A stretch of DNA of 64,000 nt from Oscillospiraceae bacterium (GCA_900770285.1 CAAGJO010000003.1:9989-73988), one strand, 5' to 3'. Counted from the first letter of the stretch, positions 46,198 through 56,186 are shown. Notes: generated by a model from the sequence alone, not told the origin. Translations and numbers: made by a program.

Positions 46198-47469
46198 ATG
46201 AAAAAACCATTTATCACGAAGGAACAAGCTGATGAAACTATTAAGATCTATTCTACTCCTTTTCATATTTATGACGAAAAGGGTATTAGAGAAAATGCTC
46301 GAAGAATAAAGGATGCATTCTCTTGGAATAAGGGATTTAAAGAATATTTTGCTGTGAAAGCCACTCCAAATCCATTTATTTTAAAAATTTTGAAAGAAGA
46401 AGGCTGTGGTGTAGACTGTTCTTCACTTACAGAACTTATGATGAGTGAGGCATGCGGTTTTACTGGTGAGGATATTATGTTCTCTTCCAATGATACTCCT
46501 GCCGAAGACTTTAAGCTGGCTAAAGAACTTAACGCATATATAAACCTTGATGATATAACACATATTGAATTTTTGGAGAAAACCTGTGGTTTACCCGAAA
46601 CTGTCTGCTGCAGATATAATCCTGGCGGACATTTTTCTGTAGAAACAACAATTATGGATAACCCGGGGGAAGCTAAATATGGTTTTACTCATGAGCAGTT
46701 CTTTGAGGGATTTAAGATCCTCAAGGAAAAAGGCGTGAAAGAATTTGGTATTCATTCTTTCCTGGCGTCGAATACTGTTTCAAATAATTATTATCCAAAG
46801 CTTGCAAGAATTCTGTTCCAGCTTGCTGTTGACTTAAAAGAGCAGCTTGGAGTTCATATTAAGTTTATTAACCTTTCAGGCGGAGTTGGCGTGCCTTATG
46901 AACCGGATAAAGAGCCAAATGATATTTACGCCATTGCTGAGGGAGTTCATAAAGCATATGATGAAATTCTTGTTCCTGCAGGAATGGGTGATGTTGCAAT
47001 TTTCACTGAAATGGGAAGATACATGCTCGCACCATATGGTCATCTTGTAACAAAATGTATTCATCAGAAACATATTCATAAGGAATATATTGGTGTTGAC
47101 GCAAATGCCTGCAATCTTATGCGTCCTGCAATGTATGGAGCATATCATCATATTACAGTTTTGGGTAAGGAGAACGAACCTTGTGACCATAAGTATGATG
47201 TAACAGGCAATCTTTGTGAAAATAATGATAAGTTTGCTGTTGACAGAATGCTGCCAAAGATTGATATCGGTGATATTCTTGTTATTCACGATACTGGTGC
47301 TCACGGCTTCTCTATGGGCTATAACTATAACGGCAGACTTCGTTCAGCAGAAATTCTTTTGAAAGAGGATGGCTCAACACAGCTTATCAGACGTGCTGAA
47401 ACTCCGTCGGATTATTTCAGAACATTTGATTTCTGCGGTATACTTGACAAATATATTGATAAAGATTAG
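46198..47469 (+). CDS. lysA: Diaminopimelate decarboxylase
   Basis: TPFHIYDE, FAVKA (PLP lysine), NLSGGVG, EMGRY, RPAMYGAYH, GNLCENND, MGYNYN. Confidence 0.93.
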   Translation: MKKPFITKEQADETIKIYSTPFHIYDEKGIRENARRIKDAFSWNKGFKEYFAVKATPNPFILKILKEEGCGVDCSSLTELMMSEACGFTGEDIMFSSNDTPAEDFKLAKELNAYINLDDITHIEFLEKTCGLPETVCCRYNPGGHFSVETTIMDNPGEAKYGFTHEQFFEGFKILKEKGVKEFGIHSFLASNTVSNNYYPKLARILFQLAVDLKEQLGVHIKFINLSGGVGVPYEPDKEPNDIYAIAEGVHKAYDEILVPAGMGDVAIFTEMGRYMLAPYGHLVTKCIHQKHIHKEYIGVDANACNLMRPAMYGAYHHITVLGKENEPCDHKYDVTGNLCENNDKFAVDRMLPKIDIGDILVIHDTGAHGFSMGYNYNGRLRSAEILLKEDGSTQLIRRAETPSDYFRTFDFCGILDKYIDKD

Positions 47470-47475
47470 TTTTAT

Positions 47476-47511
47476 AAAATCCACAGTGACGTGATGTGCT
47501 GTGGATTTTTT
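47476..47511 (+). terminator. Terminator after lysA
   Basis: AAAATCCACAGT...GCTGTGGATTTTTT. Confidence 0.78.
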
Positions 47512-47550
47512 GTGCAAATATGAACTTTTACGAAATAATAATGAAAAAAC

Positions 47551-47579
47551 TTGCAATAGCTTCGGAAATATAGTATAAT
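47551..47579 (+). promoter_or_regulatory. SigA-type promoter of the gat operon
   Basis: TTGCAA-17 bp-TATAAT about 50 nt before gatC. Confidence 0.7.
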
Positions 47580-47628
47580 ATTATATTGGTATAGTATTAA
47601 AAATCTGAATGAAAGGTCGGTAAAATAT

Positions 47629-47907
47629 ATGGATTTGGATATGGTAAAATACCTTGCTGATTTGGGCAAGCTAGAGTTTACTCCTGAAGAACTTGCAAAA
47701 AAAGCAGAAGAAATGACTGATATTATTAACCTTATGGACACAGTTAAGGAAATTGATATCACTTATGACGCACTTAAGGATAATCATGATGTTTATATTA
47801 ATGATTTGCGAGAAGATGATCCAAAAGAATCACTTCCTACCGAAAAGATTTTGCAGAATGCAGTTAATACAAATAATTGCTTTGTAGTACCAAAGGTAGT
47901 TGAATAA
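47629..47907 (+). CDS. gatC: Asp/Glu-tRNA amidotransferase subunit C
   Basis: V.YLA.L.KL, LRED, ILQNA, FVVPKVVE; position before gatA. Confidence 0.9.
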   Translation: MDLDMVKYLADLGKLEFTPEELAKKAEEMTDIINLMDTVKEIDITYDALKDNHDVYINDLREDDPKESLPTEKILQNAVNTNNCFVVPKVVE

Positions 47908-47928
47908 TAAGAAGGGCAGGATAAATAG

Positions 47929-49377
47929 ATGGACGTAGCTTCAATGAAAATACGGGATATGCGTAAAGCACTTGATGAAAAGCAGATTTCTGCAAAAGAG
48001 CTTGCAGGCGTGTATCTTGAAAATATAAAAAAGAATGATGAAAAGCTTGAGGCTTTTATTACTGTTACAGAAGAAAAGGCATATAATCAAGCAGAAGAGG
48101 CTCAGAAAGTTATTGACAGCGGTAATTCCAAAGCTTTAACAGGTATACCTCTTGCAATTAAGGATAATATCTGCACAGAAGGAATCAAAACCACTTGTGC
48201 ATCTAAAATGCTTGAGAATTTTGTGCCGCCATATAATGCAACAGTAATGGAAAAGCTTGATGCTGAAAATATTGTTATGCTTGGTAAAACATCAATGGAT
48301 GAATTTGCTATGGGTGGTTCAACACAGACTTCTGCTTTTGCAAAGACAAAAAACCCTTATAATACAGAGTGCGTACCGGGAGGTTCTTCAGGTGGTTCGG
48401 CAGCAGCTGTTTCAGGCGGACTAGCTCCGGCGGCTCTTGGTTCTGATACAGGCGGATCTATCAGACAGCCGTCTGCTTTCTGCGGTGTAACAGGGTTAAA
48501 ACCAACATACAGCCGAGTTTCACGTTATGGCTTGGTCGCTTTTGCATCATCTTTGGATCAGATTGGTCCAATTGCTCATGACAGTCATGACTGTGGTATT
48601 ATTTTAAATGAGATATGTGGTTTTGATCCTCATGATGGTACAAGCTCACATGAAAAAGTACCTGATTTTACAGCAAAAATCGGTCAGCCGTTAAAGGGAA
48701 TGAAAATTGCTTTGCCTGCGGAGTTTTATGCAGAGGGAATTGATGAGGATATTAAAAAGGCAGTATTAAAGGCTGCTGACGAGTATAAGACAATGGGTGC
48801 AGAGCTTGTAGAATGTAAAATGCCTTCACTTAAGTATGCAGTACCAGCTTATTATCTCCTTGCATGTGCTGAGGCTACTTCAAACCTTGCAAGATATGAC
48901 GGAATTAAGTATGGCCATAGGGCAGAGCATGCTGACAGCTATGGTGAACTGGTTGTAAAATCGCGTTCGGAAGGCTTTGGAGATGAAGTTAAGAGAAGAA
49001 TTCTCCTTGGTAACTATGCTCTTTCCAGCGGTTACTACGACGCTTATTACCGTAAAGCCCTAGCTTTAAGACAGCTAATAAGAAAAGAATATAACGAGAT
49101 TTTTGATAAATGTGATGTTGTATTGACTCCAACAACACCAACAGTCGCATATCGTCCGAATGATATGAACGATCCGGTTAAAATGTACCAGGCAGATATT
49201 TGTACCGTTACTGTTAATATCGCAGGACTTCCTGCCGTTTCCACGCCATGCGGTTATGATAAGAACGGCATGCCTATTGGTATGTCAATTATCGGTAAAA
49301 AGTTTGATGAAGCAACTATAATTCAGGTTGCAGACGCTTATGAACAGGGCTTTAAACCTGTTTCACCAAAGCTTTAA
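47929..49377 (+). CDS. gatA: Asp/Glu-tRNA amidotransferase subunit A
   Basis: IKDNI, MDEFAMG, PGGSSGGSAAA, GSDTGGSIRQP, GFGDEVKRRILLG. Confidence 0.96.
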   Translation: MDVASMKIRDMRKALDEKQISAKELAGVYLENIKKNDEKLEAFITVTEEKAYNQAEEAQKVIDSGNSKALTGIPLAIKDNICTEGIKTTCASKMLENFVPPYNATVMEKLDAENIVMLGKTSMDEFAMGGSTQTSAFAKTKNPYNTECVPGGSSGGSAAAVSGGLAPAALGSDTGGSIRQPSAFCGVTGLKPTYSRVSRYGLVAFASSLDQIGPIAHDSHDCGIILNEICGFDPHDGTSSHEKVPDFTAKIGQPLKGMKIALPAEFYAEGIDEDIKKAVLKAADEYKTMGAELVECKMPSLKYAVPAYYLLACAEATSNLARYDGIKYGHRAEHADSYGELVVKSRSEGFGDEVKRRILLGNYALSSGYYDAYYRKALALRQLIRKEYNEIFDKCDVVLTPTTPTVAYRPNDMNDPVKMYQADICTVTVNIAGLPAVSTPCGYDKNGMPIGMSIIGKKFDEATIIQVADAYEQGFKPVSPKL

Positions 49378-49391
49378 GGAGGTAAAGACAA

Positions 49392-52262
49392 ATGGAAAAA
49401 TATAAAACCGTCATAGGTCTTGAAATCCATGCAGAGCTTTTGACTCATTCCAAGGTTTTTTGTGCCTGTAACGCTGAATTTGGCGGAGATCAGAATACAC
49501 GATGCTGTCCTACCTGTTCGGGTATGCCGGGAACACTTCCTGTAATTAATCAGACGGCTATTGAGTATGCCGTTAAAGCAGGATTTGCACTTAATTGTGA
49601 TATAAACAAATTCTCTGCTTTTGACAGAAAAAACTATTTTTATCCTGATTTGCCTAAGGCATATCAGATTTCACAGCTTTATTATCCAATCGTTGGGCCG
49701 GGATATGTACCAATAGAGGTCAATGGTCAAAAGAAAAAAATCAGAATTAATCATATTCATCTTGAAGAAGATGCAGGAAAGCTCATTCACGATGATTTTA
49801 ACGGAATTTCCATGGCGGATTACAACAGATGCGGTATTCCGCTTATCGAAATAGTTACTGAGCCTGATATGAATTCTGCAGAAGAGGCTATGGCTCTTGT
49901 TGAACAGATCTCACTTCTTTTACAGTATGCAGGAGTATGTGACTGTAAAATGGAACAGGGTTCACTCCGTTGTGATGTTAATATTTCTTTGATGAAACCT
50001 GATGCAAAGGAATTTGGTACTCGAGCAGAAATCAAGAACATTAACTCAATAAAATCTGTGGGACGTGCTATAAAATACGAAGAAAGACGTCAGGCACTGC
50101 TTTTGGATGCCGGCAAAAAGGTTGTTCAGGAAACAAGACGTTATAATGCAAACAGAGATAAGACAACTTCAATGCGTTCAAAGGAAAATGCACAGGATTA
50201 TAGATATTTCCCGGAACCTGATATTTTAGAGGTTAATCTGACCGATGAACAGCTTGATGAAATCAAGGCAAAGCTTCCTGAACTTCCGAATAAGAGAATT
50301 AAAAGATATACTGAAGAATATAAGCTTTCAAAGAAAGATGCTGAGACTTTGGTTAATTCAAAGATTATTTCAGACTTCTTTAATGAGGCGGTTGCAGTAT
50401 ATAACAGTCCAAAAACTGTTGCATCATTTATTCTTACCGAGTTTTTAAGAAGAGTTAACCTGGGAGAAATTGACCCGAATAATATCAGCTTTACCCCTGC
50501 TGATTTTGCTGAATTGGTTGAAATGGCTGATACTGAAAAGGTCTCAAAGAATGATGCAAAGGCAATATTCAGAGAAATGGTTGAAAAGGGCGGTACTCCT
50601 GAGGAAATTGCAAAGAAAAACGGTATGCTCATTGTTGTTGATACCGAAAAGGTAAACAGTACTATTGATGAGATTCTTGCACAGAATTCTGCACAGACAG
50701 AGCAGTATAAAAACGGCGAAACAAAAGTATTTGGATTTCTTATGGGACAGTGTACAAAAGCATTGAAAGGTGCTGCTACACCTAAAATTGTTAAAGAGGC
50801 TTTAGAGACAAAGCTTAAGGCAATGTCGGCACAGACTGAAAATACCAATACCCAAAAGATTGAAGAAAAGGCTCAGGATACGACATCAAAGCTTTCTGAG
50901 TATAAAAATGCAGATAAATATGTGCCAGAGTCAGAGGGAGAATTTGTCTTTGTTGGTACAGATAAATTGAAGAAAGAATTTAATATTTCTGATGCACTTA
51001 ACAATATTGGCAAAACAATTTCCTTCGAGGGATGTGTTCACAGAGTTAAAAAGTTCGGCAATATCTCATTCGTTCTTATCAGAACTGCAGAAAATGTAAT
51101 TCAGACTGTTTATAGCGCAGAACAATGTAAGGACAGCATAGAGGGTCTTAAAGAAGGCTATTATGTATATGTTGAGGGTACTGTAAAGGAAAATGCCAAG
51201 GAGTTTTATGGCATAGAAGTTGAGCTTTCATCTATTAAGCTTGTTTCAAAATCTGCGGCAGAATATCCTTTGAAAATTTCACAGGGAAAGCTGAACTGTA
51301 CAATTGAGGCAAACCTTGATAACCGTTCTGTAGCACTCAGAAATCCATATCAGAAGGCAATTTTCAAGATTCAGGAAGGTATTGTTCATGGTATGCATGA
51401 ATTTATGAGAGCTAATAACTTTACAGAAATTCATACTCCAAAGATAGTTGCACAAGGTGCTGAGGGCGGTGCAAATATATTCAGACTTGATTATTTCCAG
51501 AAATCCGCATTTCTAAACCAGTCACCGCAGTTTTATAAACAGGCAGCTGTTGCTTTCTTTGACAGAGTATATGAAATTGCTCCTGTTTACCGTGCCGAAA
51601 AGCATGCAACATCTCGTCATATTAACGAATATATAGGTCTTGACTTTGAAATGGCTTATATTGACAGCATGTATGACGTAATGGCTATGGAAACATCTAT
51701 GCTTAAGCATATTATGGAATATCTGAAGAAAAACTATGCCAACGAGATAAAACTTCTTGACGCTGATATTCCGGAGATTACGGAGATTCCTTCAATTAAA
51801 TTCTGTGATGCAGTTACATTGCTCAGAGGCGGTGAGGGTGCAGGTAAAAAATTTGATCTTGATCCTGAGGATGAAGTAAATCTTGGAAAGTATGCAAAAG
51901 AGAAATATAACAGCGATTTCATTTTTGTTACACATTTCCCGTCATCAAAACCGCCATTCTATGCTATGAATTCAAGGGAAGATCCAAGAGAAGCATATAA
52001 GTTTGACCTGCTTTTCAGAGGACTTGAGATCACATCAGGCGGTCAGCGTATCCATGATTATGATGAACAGGTTGAAAAGATGAAAAAACAAGGTCTTGAT
52101 CCTGAAGATTTCAAGAGCTATCTTGAATCACATAAATATGGTTTGCCGCCTCACGGCGGTCTGGGAATAGGTCTTGAAAGACTTACAATGAAACTTCTTA
52201 ATTTAAACAATATCAGAGAAGCCTCAATGTTCCCAAGAGATATTAACAGGCTTATTCCATAA
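49392..52262 (+). CDS. gatB-aspS: Fusion of amidotransferase subunit GatB and archaeal-type aspartyl-tRNA synthetase
   Basis: N-half: IGLEIH, RKNYFYPDLPK, HLEEDAGK, DYRYFPEPD, GFLMGQ. C-half: OB fold, EIHTPKI, YRAEKH.TSRH, FDLLFRGLEITSGGQRIH, PPHGGLGIGLERL. Single open frame of 956 aa. Confidence 0.93.
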   Translation: MEKYKTVIGLEIHAELLTHSKVFCACNAEFGGDQNTRCCPTCSGMPGTLPVINQTAIEYAVKAGFALNCDINKFSAFDRKNYFYPDLPKAYQISQLYYPIVGPGYVPIEVNGQKKKIRINHIHLEEDAGKLIHDDFNGISMADYNRCGIPLIEIVTEPDMNSAEEAMALVEQISLLLQYAGVCDCKMEQGSLRCDVNISLMKPDAKEFGTRAEIKNINSIKSVGRAIKYEERRQALLLDAGKKVVQETRRYNANRDKTTSMRSKENAQDYRYFPEPDILEVNLTDEQLDEIKAKLPELPNKRIKRYTEEYKLSKKDAETLVNSKIISDFFNEAVAVYNSPKTVASFILTEFLRRVNLGEIDPNNISFTPADFAELVEMADTEKVSKNDAKAIFREMVEKGGTPEEIAKKNGMLIVVDTEKVNSTIDEILAQNSAQTEQYKNGETKVFGFLMGQCTKALKGAATPKIVKEALETKLKAMSAQTENTNTQKIEEKAQDTTSKLSEYKNADKYVPESEGEFVFVGTDKLKKEFNISDALNNIGKTISFEGCVHRVKKFGNISFVLIRTAENVIQTVYSAEQCKDSIEGLKEGYYVYVEGTVKENAKEFYGIEVELSSIKLVSKSAAEYPLKISQGKLNCTIEANLDNRSVALRNPYQKAIFKIQEGIVHGMHEFMRANNFTEIHTPKIVAQGAEGGANIFRLDYFQKSAFLNQSPQFYKQAAVAFFDRVYEIAPVYRAEKHATSRHINEYIGLDFEMAYIDSMYDVMAMETSMLKHIMEYLKKNYANEIKLLDADIPEITEIPSIKFCDAVTLLRGGEGAGKKFDLDPEDEVNLGKYAKEKYNSDFIFVTHFPSSKPPFYAMNSREDPREAYKFDLLFRGLEITSGGQRIHDYDEQVEKMKKQGLDPEDFKSYLESHKYGLPPHGGLGIGLERLTMKLLNLNNIREASMFPRDINRLIP

Positions 52263-52273
52263 AACAAAAATAT

Positions 52274-52313
52274 AAGCGGCTAAAGATGAGAACTTTCTTT
52301 AGCCGCCTTTTTT
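52274..52313. terminator. Terminator between convergent gatB-aspS and copA
   Basis: GCGGCTAAAGA-loop-TCTTTAGCCGC then CTTTTTT. Confidence 0.82.
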
Positions 52314-52324
52314 GTCTGTTTTTT

Positions 52325-54823
52325 TTATTTGATTTCTGTTACGGTGTATCCTTCTTTTTCAACTGCTTCCTTTAACTGTGTATCGCTGACATTATCACTT
52401 ATTTCCAGATAAGCCGCCTTATCCTCAAGAGAAACTTGAGCGGTTACGCCTTTAATGGAATTAAGCACCTTGTCAACTCTTCCTGTGCAGTGAGAACACA
52501 TCATTCCCTCGATTTTCATTACCTTTTTCATTGCAATATTACCTTTCCTTTCTGTTTGATTTTTATATTCAATGCGTGGAGTTTTTGGTTTAAAGAGCTT
52601 TAATCTTAAAGCATTTGTTACAACAAATACTGAACTTAAACTCATTGCCGCTGCTCCGAACATAGGATTCAGAGTCCAGCCGAGCAATGGATAGAAAACT
52701 CCGGCAGCCAGCGGAATTCCGAGAGAATTGTAAAACAAAGCCCAGAATAAGTTTTCTTTAATATTTTTTATAGTTGCACGGCTTAGCTCAAACGCAGTCA
52801 CAGCGTCCTGCAAATCACTTTTTACAAGTACAATATCAGCTGATTCTATGGCAATATCCTGTCCTGCGCCAAGAGCAATTCCTACATCTGCTCGTGTGAG
52901 AGCAGGTGAGTCGTTAATTCCGTCACCAATCATTGCAACAGGTCCGTTATTTTGAAGTTTGCGTATAACAGATTCCTTGTCAGCAGGCAAAACTTCGGCT
53001 ATGATTTCCTCTGTATTTACTTTGTTCTGAATTGCTTTTGCAGTGACTTTGTTGTCGCCTGTGAGCATCACTGTTCTTATGCCCATTTTTCTGAATTGCT
53101 CAATGGCGTTTGCACTGGTATTTTTAATTACATCTGCAACGGCGATTATGCCTGAGAGGTGTCCGTCTTTTGCAAATAGAAGCGGTGTCTTTCCTTCATT
53201 GGTAAAAGCATTATATATTTGCAGATATTCTTGAATTTCTATTCCGTTTTCCCTCATGTATTTTATATTTCCTGCTAAAATTTTACTTCCGTTTATTTTT
53301 CCGCTTATGCCTGAACCGCTGTGTTCTTGATAGTTAATACATTCGAGAGAAATTAAGCTATTTTTTATTGCATAGTCGCAGATTGCTTTGGATAATGGGT
53401 GGGAGGAGAGTTTTTCCAAGGAAAATGCATAGCGTAAAAGTTCTTGCTCGGCAGTGCCGTTAGTTGTATAAATATCGGTTACCTTAGGTTTCCCCTCAGT
53501 TATAGTTCCTGTTTTGTCAAGAACAACAGTTTTAACCTTGTGCACAATCTCTAGGCTTTCCGCTGATTTAATAAGAATGCCCATTTCCGCACCTTTGCCG
53601 GTTCCAACCATTATAGCGGTTGGCGTGGCAAGCCCCAAAGCACATGGACAGGAAATAACAAGTACGGATATTGCCGTTGAAAGTGCTTTGTAAATATCTT
53701 TAGCTGCAATTAACCAAATTAAACCTGATATGATGCTTATACCTATTACCACAGGTACAAATATACCGCTTACTTTGTCGGCAAGTTTAGAGATTGGCGC
53801 CTTTGACGATGCAGCTTCTTCAACTAGCTTTATAATTTGTGCCAGAGTTGAATTTTCAGCTGTTTTGGTGCATTTTGCTTTTGCATAACCGTTTGTGCAT
53901 ATTGTTCCGGCTGAAAGTTTGTCGGAAACCGTTTTTTCAATTGGAATGCTTTCTCCTGTTATAGCCGATTGATCCATGCTACAATACCCATCAATAACTA
54001 TGCAGTCGCACGGAACAGTTTTTCCGGATTTTATTACAATAATATCATTAATTGCAAGTTTATCGGCAGGTATTTCTTGTTCATTTCCCTTGTTATCAAT
54101 AATTGTTGCCATTTTAGGGGACAGGTTTATCAGCTTTTCAATGGCATTTGATGCTCTTGCTTTGGAACGGCTTTCCAGGTATTTGCCAATAGTAATCAAG
54201 GTTAAAATCATTCCGCAGGATTCAAAATATAAATTCATCATTCTGCTGTGGGCAGTGGTCATATCACCTCTGCCCATACTGTATGCCATCAGGAACAGCT
54301 GAACAATGCTCTCAATGCCTGCGGCAGCTGAACCAATGGCAATAAGGGAATCCATGTTTGGAGATAAATGAATCAGCTTTTTAAAACCGCTGATGAAATA
54401 TTGACGATTGATTATTATTATGGGCAAAGTCAGAAATAATTGTGTCAGAGCAAATATCATCATGTTTTTATGCCCTGATAAAATATGCGGTAATGGGAGG
54501 TTTATCATATGTCCCATACAAATGTAGAATAAGGGTATCAGAAAAACAATAGACCAGATCATTCGTTTCCTCAGGGAATCAGCAGGAGAATTTTCGTTGC
54601 CTTTTGGGTCGCTGCCATAAATACTTGCACCGTATCCTGCATGTTCCACTGCAGTAATGATTTCTTTTTCTGAAAGACTGTTGTTTGATTTTACTTCCAT
54701 GGTATTTTGTAACAGATTAACGTTTACATCGGTTACTCCCTTTAGTTTTCTGACACTGCGTTCAACAGCAGCTGAGCAGGCGGAACAGCTCATTCCCGTG
54801 ACGTTGAATTTTCGCTTTATCAT
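52325..54823 (-). CDS. copA: Copper-exporting P1B-type ATPase with N- and C-terminal HMA domains
   Basis: GMSCSAC, ITGES, CPCALGLATP, DKTGTIT, GDGIND, YN..GIP, MSLSS, C-terminal GMMCSHC. Confidence 0.93.
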   Translation of the reverse strand: MIKRKFNVTGMSCSACSAAVERSVRKLKGVTDVNVNLLQNTMEVKSNNSLSEKEIITAVEHAGYGASIYGSDPKGNENSPADSLRKRMIWSIVFLIPLFYICMGHMINLPLPHILSGHKNMMIFALTQLFLTLPIIIINRQYFISGFKKLIHLSPNMDSLIAIGSAAAGIESIVQLFLMAYSMGRGDMTTAHSRMMNLYFESCGMILTLITIGKYLESRSKARASNAIEKLINLSPKMATIIDNKGNEQEIPADKLAINDIIVIKSGKTVPCDCIVIDGYCSMDQSAITGESIPIEKTVSDKLSAGTICTNGYAKAKCTKTAENSTLAQIIKLVEEAASSKAPISKLADKVSGIFVPVVIGISIISGLIWLIAAKDIYKALSTAISVLVISCPCALGLATPTAIMVGTGKGAEMGILIKSAESLEIVHKVKTVVLDKTGTITEGKPKVTDIYTTNGTAEQELLRYAFSLEKLSSHPLSKAICDYAIKNSLISLECINYQEHSGSGISGKINGSKILAGNIKYMRENGIEIQEYLQIYNAFTNEGKTPLLFAKDGHLSGIIAVADVIKNTSANAIEQFRKMGIRTVMLTGDNKVTAKAIQNKVNTEEIIAEVLPADKESVIRKLQNNGPVAMIGDGINDSPALTRADVGIALGAGQDIAIESADIVLVKSDLQDAVTAFELSRATIKNIKENLFWALFYNSLGIPLAAGVFYPLLGWTLNPMFGAAAMSLSSVFVVTNALRLKLFKPKTPRIEYKNQTERKGNIAMKKVMKIEGMMCSHCTGRVDKVLNSIKGVTAQVSLEDKAAYLEISDNVSDTQLKEAVEKEGYTVTEIK

Positions 54824-54833
54824 CTTTAATCTC

Positions 54834-55139
54834 CTATTTCAGCTTTTTGATAAGTTCAATAGCTTCGTCCAGTATTTCTGAATCTCCGTCTTTTATTCCG
54901 TCAGATACGCAGGTTTTTAAGTGTGTTTGCAGGATTATATATCCTACATTCTGCAAGGCACTTTCGGCAGCAGCAATTTGCGTTAATATATCTCCGCAGT
55001 ATCTGTTGTCGTCCAGCATTTTGCTTATGCCGCCAAGCTGACCGATAATTCGGTTAAGACGGTTTTTTAATAACTTCAGCTCTTCGTCATTTCTGACCTT
55101 GTTTTTGTATCTTTCGCAGCAATCACAATTGCAGCTCAT
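54834..55139 (-). CDS. csoR: CsoR-family metal-sensing repressor
   Basis: RLNRIIGQL.GI..M....YC..IL.QIAA, HLKTC metal ligands. Confidence 0.92.
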   Translation of the reverse strand: MSCNCDCCERYKNKVRNDEELKLLKNRLNRIIGQLGGISKMLDDNRYCGDILTQIAAAESALQNVGYIILQTHLKTCVSDGIKDGDSEILDEAIELIKKLK

Positions 55140-55157
55140 ACTATCACCTCATTGAAT

Positions 55158-55186
55158 ATTATATACCCCCATAGGGTATTTGTCAA
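55158..55186 (-). promoter_or_regulatory. Consensus SigA promoter of csoR-copA with a CsoR operator in the spacer
   Basis: Minus strand TTGACA-17 bp-TATAAT; palindrome ATACCC-CCATA-GGGTAT at 55163-55179 matches the CsoR TACC...GGTA box. Confidence 0.88.
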
Positions 55187-55270
55187 TAAAATATTATTTA
55201 GAAACAGTTATTATTTTTGCCGTTTGTGATAATAATATTATATAATGAACAATAAGCAGGCGGTGAATGT

Positions 55271-56143
55271 ATGATTTGGATGAGTAAACAGAAGGTTAAA
55301 ACTTTACTTGCAGATACAGTTTTTGATATCTTGGGAAGCTTTTTATATGCTGTTGGAATATCTGTTTTTGCAAGAATGGGGGATTTTGCACCGGGAGGAG
55401 TTTCCGGCTTAACACTAATGCTTAACTATCTTTGGAATTTGCCAATCGGTTTGATGACCATGATTATAAATATCCCTCTTTTTATAATTTCTTACAAGCT
55501 CGTTGGCAAAAAGTTTATGCTTAAAAGTATGCGGTCAATGATTTACTGTACATTATTTCTGGACGTTATTTTCCCGTTTTTGCCTGCTTATCATGGCTCA
55601 TCTCTTTTAGCGGCACTTTATTCCGGACTTTTTATAGGTGCGGGCATGTCAATGTTTTACATGCGTGGTTCGTCATCAGGCGGAACTGATTTTTTGACCA
55701 TGTCCATAAAAGCTAAAAGACCACATTTGTCTATTGGCTCTGTAACAATGGTTATAGATTTTGTAATAATATCTTTGGGCTGGCCTGTTTTCGGAAATAT
55801 TGATTCTGTTCTGTACGGTCTTATTGCAACATTTACCACTTCTGTGGTTATAAATAAAATTATGTATGGTATGGGTTCGGCTAAATTGCTTATTATTATT
55901 ACTTCACATCCACATCTTGTTTCTGAAAAAATATCTGAAATATGCGAAAGAGGCTCGACTGTTGTTGACGCTGTCGGTTCTTATACAAAAGAGAATAAAA
56001 GTATAGTTATATGCGCCTGCTCAAATGCTCAGGCTTATAAGATTAAAACAGCGGCAAAAGATATTGATGAAAATATTTTTGTTATTGTTTCTGATGCCAG
56101 TGAAATATATGGATTTGGGTTTTCAAGGCGTTTTATGTCCTGA
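55271..56143 (+). CDS. YitT family membrane protein
   Basis: APGGVSGL, NIPLF, GSSSGGTD, C-terminal RGST....GSYT...G.GF (DUF2179-like). Confidence 0.88.
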   Translation: MIWMSKQKVKTLLADTVFDILGSFLYAVGISVFARMGDFAPGGVSGLTLMLNYLWNLPIGLMTMIINIPLFIISYKLVGKKFMLKSMRSMIYCTLFLDVIFPFLPAYHGSSLLAALYSGLFIGAGMSMFYMRGSSSGGTDFLTMSIKAKRPHLSIGSVTMVIDFVIISLGWPVFGNIDSVLYGLIATFTTSVVINKIMYGMGSAKLLIIITSHPHLVSEKISEICERGSTVVDAVGSYTKENKSIVICACSNAQAYKIKTAAKDIDENIFVIVSDASEIYGFGFSRRFMS

Positions 56144-56186
56144 AAATATATTTTTGAGTTTTAAAGAAGTTTTTTATAAAAATATG

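Noticed and set aside
47510..47628. T-box leader expected before the gat/aspS operon
   Set aside because: The promoter is only about 50 nt from gatC and no T-box AAGGTGGTACC-like motif is visible.
50198..50848. 216-aa minus-strand ORF
   Set aside because: Entirely antisense to the GatB domain; no motifs or expression signals.
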